DNA of 64,000 bases, from the NCBI GenBank assembly GCA_000004985.1, contig GG738857.1, one strand, 5' to 3'. Each line of letters starts with the position of its first letter. The stretch's first letter is position 1. Below the pieces are notes generated by a model. It made no database searches and had not been told where the DNA came from. It was given only the letters and a program-made list of their open reading frames with translations. This DNA is from Naegleria gruberi. Lineage: Eukaryota. The position numbers were made by a program, and so were the translations under genes. Positions 56,501 to 64,000 of the stretch are shown here, in pieces.

Positions 56501-56731
56501 GTGGCAAGAATTACACCTGCTGTTCACTACACTCAAGGTGGTCTCTTATTCAACAATAAGGCACAAGTTTTGCGTAGAAAGACTCAAGATACAAACGAAG
56601 TAATTAGAAATCTCTATGCTGCCGGTGAAGTCACTGGTGGATGTCATGGTAAGAATCGTTTGGCAGGTAACAGCTTGTTAGAATGTGTAGTTTTTGGTCG
56701 TATTGCTGCCTCAGAAGCTGCCCAAGAATAA
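53514..56731 (+). CDS. Fusion of an alpha/beta-hydrolase-like domain with a soluble FAD-dependent fumarate reductase (flavocytochrome/OSM1-type). There is a possible 5' signal-anchor exon at 53514-53841 and an apparent frameshift near 56175-56200.
   Basis: Hydrolase part: HGTPGSRRW...[13 protein letters not shown]...[13 protein letters not shown] part: [17 protein letters not shown]...[15 protein letters not shown] ... [34 protein letters not shown]. ORFs 53937-56219 (frame 0) and 56177-56731 (frame 2) overlap within the ggaaggaaggaaatt run. Confidence 0.6.
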
Positions 56732-56812
56732 ACTCTTATTAAAAACCCTATTTTATTCTCATTCACTTTCCAAGTATTTTAGAATTTCTTGACCATGACA
56801 AGCACTTGATTT

Positions 56813-57749
56813 CTAACACACGACAATTGAAATCAAGATCATTCCAAGAAACATTGCAATAGACACCAATGAAGAATCAAATAGTCCACTAGTTCCACTG
56901 CTGATATTCCTCGTAACAAACGAACCATACTTGTACGTTTCTCCAAACAATCGAATGGCACAATGTGTACAATTCTGCTTGTTATTATTCAACCAATAAA
57001 TCAAATCAATTGCATCAGCTATTATTCCCTCAACTGTTCCATCCATCACTTCCTGGAATATGCCATCATAATTCTCCTTATAAATAATGGATGCATTTGG
57101 AAAGGTGGCTTGACCCAAAGCAACAAAATAAGATCCCTTCAGAACTGTAAATGCTGGTGAAGGAGCTTTTTGTAAATCTTGAATTGAGGAATAGTTTAAG
57201 GCATGTGCCTTATTCGAAAGTAAAACTCCAGTGGAAGAACTTCCATATCCACAATTAAAATTAACTTTTCGTGCTCTTTCCTGTGAATAAATTGTATTAC
57301 TCGTGACAACATCACACAATCCACTGTCGACTGCTCTTGTCAATGTGTCAAAATATCCCAAAATGGAAGTATTAATAATGATATGATTGGCTTTCAATTT
57401 GGCATCTGGATATTTGGAATTTAAAGTGGAAACTAGTAAGTCACCTGCTTGTTTATAGAAATTTCTCCAGACATCTGTTGGTTCTTCATAACAAATGTTT
57501 AGTTTAGTTTTGGTTGTTGGAAAGGGATTCGAATTGGGATAAGAAGTTGTTCTTTCGACACAAGAAGGGACTTGGAAGGCTACTCACGACATCTGACATT
57601 GCTTTATCAATTGCTTGATAAATGTCATTCGACATGTATTGAGTTTCGGATAATGAGGGAGTAATATAGTCTGCAGAAACTCGGGGAGAAGTGAGTAGTA
57701 CAATAAATGTAAAGCAATAAAACATCAACGACAAGCAAAATAGTTTCAT
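56813..57749 (-). CDS. Secreted bacterial-type solute-binding-protein family 3 (periplasmic-binding-protein type II) domain protein with a hydrophobic C-terminal tail. It has at least 2 exons, and the intron boundaries are unresolved.
   Basis: Exon 1 is ORF 57504-57749, with signal peptide MKLFCLSLMFYCFTFIVLLTSPRVSA. The downstream frame is open from about 57540 to 56813 (...YKQAGDLLVSTLNSKYPDAKLKANHIIINTSILGYFDTLTRAVDSGLCDVVTSNTIYSQERARKVNFNCGYGSSSTGVLLSNK) and matches the SBP_bac_3 pattern. The two frames differ, so an intron or frameshift must lie near 57520-57560. Confidence 0.5.
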
Positions 57750-58033
57750 TTCGAATAAGTTTCTCCTAGAGCTAGTTTTGTTATTTTTTTAAGAGCTAAA
57801 TACGATGTACTAGTAGACAATGTTACTGAAGTTTGAATCTTTGATTCTTATCCCTTCCTTTCAGAACATAATTTACAGAAACTAGTCCGCTATACGAAAC
57901 TTCCTTAAACATGTCACTCATTGTCAGTTGGCATATCTCTGTAAGAAATTTGGGCTTAATGTACGAAATACAATTATGAGCTCATCCAACATCATTTATA
58001 GTCATAATTTCCATTCGTTTAACTAATTAAATT

Positions 58034-59705
58034 TTATTCGAAAGTTACTATTTCAGCGTTTTGTAAAGTATCTAATAGAAAAGATTTGGCAATTTCGAAA
58101 GGTGTCGCCTCAGCAAACAAACAAGTCAGTACAATCTTGACATTTTGTTTCCATGCGAAAATACTTGCAAAAATTCTTCCCTCCACAAGAATAATCTTGT
58201 CGAAAGTTGTATTCGAAAGTAGATTCGTAATTTCAGTGGTAGAAATTGGTTTCTTTTCTGCAATTTCTTTCATAAAATCAGAAGAATCGTCCAAATCGCA
58301 TTTTGCATTCAATATAAATCGAATAGTTTCGTATTCTCCAATTAACATGCTTTCAATTCTAGTTTTCTTCTCAACAAATGAAGATAGCAAATGTAATTTC
58401 AGAAACTTTCCAATACTAAACACATTTCTTCCATTCAAGTCAGTTGATTCTCCTTTAGGCCATTCCACTTTCGTCCTTTTTGGCAATTCTTGCATTCCAA
58501 GTTGTTTCGTCTCAGGTATATATTGGAAACGAAACTCGACATGAGCTAAACGATCGATAAATAATTTCTCCTCGTAGATTCTTCCAGGTTCCAAATCTTC
58601 TGGAAAGATTGATAATTTCTCAGTTTCGAATGAAACTTTCTTTCCATTGGACGAATCAGTTCCCATTACGGTAATTCCACCATTCCATCCATTTCCTGAA
58701 AAATTGTAATTCCATTCTCCATTCTTACCACTTTCTGCATAGAAAGATCCATGAGAATTCTTGGAATTATTACAAGCTGAAAGATTAGTGACATTTGAAA
58801 GATTGACAACTCTTTCTACCCAAAAATTCATAATTCCATTTGCAACTCTACTTCTCTTTTCCTTAATTCTCAAATCTTTTGCCAATCTTTGCAAAAATGA
58901 TAAAACTTGTGCAAATTCTTGTTGATTTTCATAATCTTTTAAAACTTGTTTACAAAATCTTACAATGGATTGATCGTATTTTACAAATAAATTATGGAAA
59001 ATTTGATTATTCTGAATAGATTGAGTGTAAATCTCCATTTCATATTTGAATTGTTCACTGAAAATTTGAAATTCCATTACAATTTCATGATGATCAATTG
59101 ATTGATCAATAATCAAGTTTAAATCTTGACGATTATTGTAATGTAAAATGCCAATTCGTTCAAAATCATTTTCTCTAAACCAAACTCTTCCCAAATCTTT
59201 ATCAGATTTTTCCATTGTAAAAGTGGAAGGTAGTTCAATTGACCAAGGATAAGTTTTGTAAAGTTTGAAACCTTCTGTAAGAGTTTCAGGTGGATTTACA
59301 ATAGAAAGTGAACATTCTAAATGTAAAACACCTCCTTTATCAAATGGGAGTTCTATGTATTTGCGCAAACCAGGTTTTAATTGGTCAATTGACAATTGGC
59401 AACTTCCAATCAATTTCTAATAAACTTTCCATCAATTTAAACTAAACTAATTGACTTACATTTGATTGAAAACGATTCCAGTCATATAACCGAAACATTA
59501 TCTGCTCATCATTCTGAAGAGATGTAAATTTCACATTCAAATTCCATTCGGGATTCAAAGTCTCCTTGATTACTGACGTTTTGATTGCATCATTTTCCTT
59601 CTCTGATTTTAAATAACAAGTTAAATAGGGATCACTCGTACCAGATCTATCAGCAGCATGAATATTTGTTGCTTTGATGATTTTTAATTGCAATTCAGTT
59701 GACAT
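58034..59705 (-). CDS. N-terminal C2-domain protein of about 550 aa with 2 exons (59705-59460, 59416-58034)
   Basis: MSTELQLKIIKATNIHAADRSGTSDPYLTCYLK...ETLNPEWN...RLYDWNRFQSN|KLIGSCQLSIDQLKPGL... shows C2 beta-strand motifs. Intron of 43 nt, GTAAGT...TTATTAG, phase 0. Confidence 0.6.
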
Positions 59706-59872
59706 TTTTTTTTTTGATTATTATACTAATCTGACACCTGATATTTCATTACCCAATTACAACAACGTACTATCCTCATGTCAAACCACAAATTTACAAA
59801 CCATTAAACGTGATCGGTAATGAGAAGGAATTAAATTATTAATATTTAAATTATTTTTATTATTTAAAAAAA

Positions 59873-61305
59873 ATGTCTGAAGATTGGGTTTGTGTTTTGT
59901 GATGCGATTTTATTAATGGGGGTGTGATGACTATCACAAATAATAGGCCGATAGGACATATGTGTTAGAAGCTGTTAAACAACGTGGAAATGCACTTAAA
60001 TATGCCGATGAAGCATTTAAAAAAGATAGAGAAATTGTATTGGAGGCTGTTAAAAAAAACGGATTAATAATTCAATATGCTGATTCATCATTGAAAAGAG
60101 ATAGAGAAATTGTATTGGAAGCTGTTAAACAGCGTGGATATGCAATTCAATATGCTGATTCATTGTTAAAGAAAGATAGAGAAATTGTATTGGAATGTGT
60201 TAAACAAGATGGATTGGCACTTGAATATGTTGATTTATCATTACAAAAAGATAGAGAAATTGTGTTGGCAGCTGTTAAACAAAATGGATTGGCACTTCGA
60301 TATGCTGATTCATCATTGAAAAAAGATAGAGAAATTGCATTGGAATCTGTTAAACAACGTGGATATGCAATTCAATATGCTGATTCGTTGTTAAAGAAAG
60401 ATAGAGAAATTGTATTGGAAGCAGTTAAACAAGATGGATTGGCACTGCAATATGCTTATTTTCAAAATGACAGAGAAATTGTATTGGAAGCTGTTAAGCA
60501 AAATGGATCAGCAGTTGAATACGCTGATTCATCATTGAAAAAAGATAGAGAATTTATATTGGAATCTGTTAAACAACATGGATTGACTCTTAAATATGCT
60601 GATTCATTATTGAAGAAAGATAGAGAAGTTGTTTCGGAAGCTGTTAAACAAGATATATTGGCACTTAAATATGTTGATTCATCATTTAAAAGAGATAGAG
60701 AATTTATATTGGAAGCAGTTAAACAACATTCATTGGCACTTGAATATGCTGATTCATCTTTACAAAGAGATATCGTTTTTACTTATTCACTTTTTAAATT
60801 GAACAAAGAAAATGCAAGAAAGTTCTCACCCTCTATAACCAAAACCATTGAAGAATCCATTAATCTTCAGAGAAAGCTGTCAAGCAATATAATTGAACAA
60901 TACTCCAAAATATTTATGGATGAAAAGGATTTATATTATGCTATTGAATTAACAAGTCTCTTTAATCCAACACCAAAAGGTACAATATTCAATTTCAATT
61001 CTATCTATACACCAATATTTATTGAAAAATTGATTATTTTTCAAATATTGAAACAAATGAACCATTCAGAATTGTCTAATGATATTATTGCTCTTATTGA
61101 TTTACAAAGTACCAAAGCTAACTATTATTTATATTGTTTCAGATTGGACAAATTTCTTGAAGATAATCCCTGTCAATCAACAAGAATGAAAGATTTGAAG
61201 AATATTGTGGAACAAGTTGCAACAAACTTTGAAACGTCATTTTATACAAAACAGGAAATTAATGAAATTATGATTTTTGCCAACAAGTGGTTTGAAAATG
61301 AGTAA
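59873..61305 (+). CDS. DUF4116-repeat + kinase gene, copy 2. Mini-exon 1 (59873-59887, MSEDW), an intron at 59888-59946, and a repeat exon from 59947. The reading frame ends at an in-frame TAA at 61303-61305, where copy 1 has CAA.
   Basis: Donor GTTTGT and acceptor AATAATAG, phase 0. About 10 DUF4116-type repeats. The downstream sequence stays collinear with copy 1 beyond the TAA. Confidence 0.55.
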
Positions 61306-62574
61306 ACATTTGAAAATTACAAACAAATAATTTGTAAATATAACGAGCTGAGAGGAGATTTATCAAAAGTATTCAAATCTCTCAATTATTTCTATAATTA
61401 TTTCAAAAATGATTATGATTTCATTTCAGTATTAGGATATGGAGGTGAAGGTGTTGCATTCAAAGTATTTCATAAAAGTAGTAAATCATTAAGGGCATTA
61501 AAATTAAAATATGACCCAGAGGAATCTGAAGAATCAACAAAAGAAACCATTAATTTATTGAACAGAACAGACATTGAAGGAAAGATCAAATGTTTTGATT
61601 GTGAAATTATTCAAAATCATTTATATTCAGTGATGGAACTTGGAGAGGAATCATTATCAAATTACATTTCAAGAAATAATGAAAGTGAAATTTATAGAAA
61701 TGGATTCATTAAGAAGGAAAAGTTGATTGAAATTCTTGAAATATTTATCAAAGTATTGAACTCAGTTCAATCAATTCATGATCACAATATTTTACACAGA
61801 GATTTAGATCCTCAAAATATTGTCAAAGTTCAAGATTTATACAAAATTATTGATTTTGAAACATCAAGAGTTATCAAGACAGGTAATTCAATTACAATAG
61901 CTCGTGGAAAGTTTGCATACATGTCTCCTGAAGTTTCACATGATAATTATTCTGATGATTTATTGAAAAGTGGTGATGATGAAAAACTTGCTCACAATGT
62001 TGGACAAATTACCATTTCATGTGATATATTTTCATTGGGATGTATTTTATTGAAATTATTAACAAATTGTCCATTACAACTATGTTCAACATTTGTTAAT
62101 GATTCAGATGTCTCAAAATATAATGACAAGTATCCATATTTTAGTGGTCATGGAAAATATTTCTATACAGTTGTAACAACAACAGAGGGAGAAATGAAAT
62201 TACATTATGCAATTGAAAAACTAATCAATGAAACGATTAATCCAGATTTAGGAGTGAATAACATATTAATTAGAAGCATTATTAGCATGATTCAAAGAGA
62301 TTCATCAAAAAGATTGGATTGTTATTCTCACAAGTTAACAATTGAGAATATTTTGAAATTTTTGAAAGGTGAAATCAAAGATATCACTTTGAATATTGAA
62401 AAACAAGTTGGAGAATTGAAGAAAATCTCACCATTAAGAAGTTACTCTCAACTTGCTGAAGAAAATAACAAAATTACAGATGAAAAAACCAAACTTTCGG
62501 ATGAAAATAGCAACCTGTTAGAAAGAATTAAAATGTTGGAAGAGGAAATAAGAAAACTCACACAAACCATATGA
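61306..62574 (+). CDS. Kinase-domain portion of copy 2, in frame with and downstream of the TAA. It is either a separated ORF, the tail of a pseudogene, or part of a readthrough product.
   Basis: Near-identical to copy 1 at 48430-49650 (GYGGEGVAFKV, HRDLDPQNIV, DFETSR). The C-terminal coiled coil differs (LAEENNKITDEKTKLSDENSNLLERIKMLEEEIRKLTQTI). Confidence 0.5.
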   Translation, partial: TFENYKQIICKYNELRGDLSKVFKSLNYFYNYFKNDYDFISVLGYGGEGVAFKVFHKSSKSLRALKLKYDPEESEESTKETINLLNRTDIEGKIKCFDCEIIQNHLYSVMELGEESLSNYISRNNESEIYRNGFIKKEKLIEILEIFIKVLNSVQSIHDHNILHRDLDPQNIVKVQDLYKIIDFETSRVIKTGNSITIARGKFAYMSPEVSHDNYSDDLLKSGDDEKLAHNVGQITISCDIFSLGCILLKLLTNCPLQLCSTFVNDSDVSKYNDKYPYFSGHGKYFYTVVTTTEGEMKLHYAIEKLINETINPDLGVNNILIRSIISMIQRDSSKRLDCYSHKLTIENILKFLKGEIKDITLNIEKQVGELKKISPLRSYSQLAEENNKITDEKTKLSDENSNLLERIKMLEEEIRKLTQTI

Positions 62575-63120
62575 GACATACATTCACAGCATACCAAAAC
62601 TCCCTTACCTCATATATAGCTATAGATATTTAAATTCTTGCTAGTTGAGTGCCAAGTTGGTTTGATTGCAACGTCAAATCGACTGTCTTAACAATTGAAT
62701 GATCATGTGATTGGTTGTTCTAATTTCATATTATGATAGTAATTCTTCCTTAAATAACATGACAATCATTGTCATCATGATGAATTTATTGTTTTTACCT
62801 TCATTTCTTATTATCCAAACTATTATAGTATTAAGCACTGTGCTTTTAAAACATGATCTTTCAATTAACTATATAAGTAGTTGTTAAAATATTGAATAAC
62901 AGCTATTGACATTTCACCAAAATTATGTAAAATTAATTTCCAAATATTATCATTATATTGAATGGAAAAATAAATTCCAATTTCATGATGATAATTACAT
63001 TCCATTAATCTTTGTCATGAACAAAAGAGCCAATTTTGAAATGTAAAATACCATAACCCATTACTGGAAATGACTTGTGTTTCAAAGATGTAATTGCTAA
63101 ACGACATGCTTCTGGCTCCA

Positions 63121-64000
63121 TTAATTTAGAGGCTCCCAAAAACCATTGTAAGGCACTTTTTCTATTAGATGCTCTTTTCTTGATAACGTGTTATCGTTCA
63201 ATTGTTTTTTTTGCCTTTGTTTCGAATACCACAAGAGTACATTCGTAAGCATTTCTCCTAGATGAATATCTTGCATCAACTGATATATCCAAAAATATTG
63301 CATCATGAATGAAGGAGTAAATCAATGCCGGAACTTCTCTTCCCAGTTCAAATGCAGAAATTAAAGGACCAAGCACTTGTTTCATTTTCTGATTTGCAAT
63401 CTTTTCCAATTCCTTGTCCATTTCTTGATTTAATACTTGACTACTACTGCTCCATAACTTGTTTGTTGCTTGATAATATGATTTCTTAATAATTATTGGC
63501 AATCCGACAAGGGTTGTAAATGTTTTAAATGATTCATAGGTAGAGTTCGAGAGTTCAAATGATTGAATAATATGTCTATTCAATTTAAGATTCCTTGGAC
63601 ATGTTCTAAAAACAAATACCGTATTACAAGCCAAGTAAAACGGAATATCTCTTCAAATCCATTTTTAGTAATTTCTCTTAAATGTATATTTGTGCTCTCA
63701 CAGATTTTACACTGTACTGGTTTCACAATACGAATCAAGTGGTCAGTTGGAATAATGGTAAGGCCGATATTTTGATTTTCTAAACTTTTAAATGGCTGTG
63801 GGTAAAAGGGTAAAATGTTACTTTCATTATTTCTCTGTGAAAGCTAGTATCTATTGATCAAAATTTGAATAATCATATGCGTGAATGCTTAAAATCCAGC
63901 AAAGTATTTGATTTTCAAAACCACAAAAAAAACAACTCTACTTTAAACTGAAAATTTGTGCTTGTTATGAAAGAGTACGATATTGGACATGGTTTGACAA
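63121..64000 (-). CDS. Multi-exon gene of unknown function. The 3' end is at 63121, there are at least 3 exons, and the 5' part runs to or past the window edge.
   Basis: Three ORF-track pieces in different frames are joined by plausible short introns. One is about 51 nt, GTATTCGAAAC...TTATCAAG, at roughly 63190-63240. Another is about 44 nt near 63580-63625. The joined sequence reads ...CKICESTNIHLREITKNGFEEIFRFTWLVIRHIIQSFELS...RRNAYECTLVKRASNRKSALQWFLGASKLMEPEACRLAITSLKHKSFP.... Confidence 0.35.

Noticed and set aside
57535-57560. A tRNA-like T-loop sequence (GGGATTCGAATTGGG)
   Set aside because: The flanks cannot form a T-stem, acceptor stem or anticodon arm. It is one more instance of the common TTCGAAT hexamer and lies inside a protein-coding locus.
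61303-61305. A possible non-standard genetic code (TAA read as Gln, as in ciliates) to explain the in-frame TAA aligned to CAA in copy 2
   Set aside because: Many well-supported genes in the window terminate at TAA exactly where their paralogues or conserved domain ends do (for example both LRR paralogues end KCEIQ-TAA). TGA and TAG are also used as stops, so the code is standard.
1-64000. Prokaryotic feature types (CRISPR arrays, operons, Shine-Dalgarno sites, rho-independent terminators)
   Set aside because: The sequence is clearly eukaryotic nuclear DNA. It has spliceosomal introns with GT-AG boundaries, monocistronic genes on both strands and a eukaryotic retrotransposon. No direct-repeat and spacer arrays are present.

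Overview
This is a 64-kb piece of a scaffold-level eukaryotic nuclear assembly with three N-gaps (1357-1406, 11314-12236, 18829-19993). The sequence is AT-rich (roughly one-third GC) and gene-dense, with about 35 protein-coding genes on both strands. Many genes carry very short GT-AG introns of 38-68 nt (one of about 145 nt), with donors such as GTAAGT, GTATGT and GTTTGT and acceptors such as TAG, AAG and CAG. Proteins often contain poly-Q/N or Ser-rich low-complexity tracts. The ORF track also uses TTG/GTG starts, so several listed 'M' starts are artefacts and the true starts are upstream ATGs or upstream mini-exons. I found no rRNA, tRNA or CRISPR arrays, which would not be expected in nuclear DNA anyway. 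I cannot assign the taxon from sequence alone; candidates are an AT-rich protist, amoebozoan or early-diverging fungus. Main contents: a block of F-box / LRR-like paralogues at 1.2-6.3 kb; an apparently intact DIRS/Ngaro-type tyrosine-recombinase retrotransposon with split direct repeats at 21.2-25.9 kb; a 15-exon collagen-like gene built from tandem GGxGG mini-exons; a very large NHL-repeat receptor-like kinase; two near-identical but lesion-bearing DUF4116-repeat + atypical-kinase genes; and several bacterial-type domains in intron-containing genes (NlpC/P60 peptidase, barstar-like, solute-binding-protein family 3). Other genes encode an OSCA/CSC1-type channel, an RGS protein, two divergent Ras-superfamily GTPases, an alpha/beta-hydrolase-fumarate reductase fusion carrying an apparent frameshift, and C2-domain proteins. 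All coordinates derived from my own reading of splice sites are approximate (plus or minus a few nt). Domain calls come from motif recognition, not database searches.
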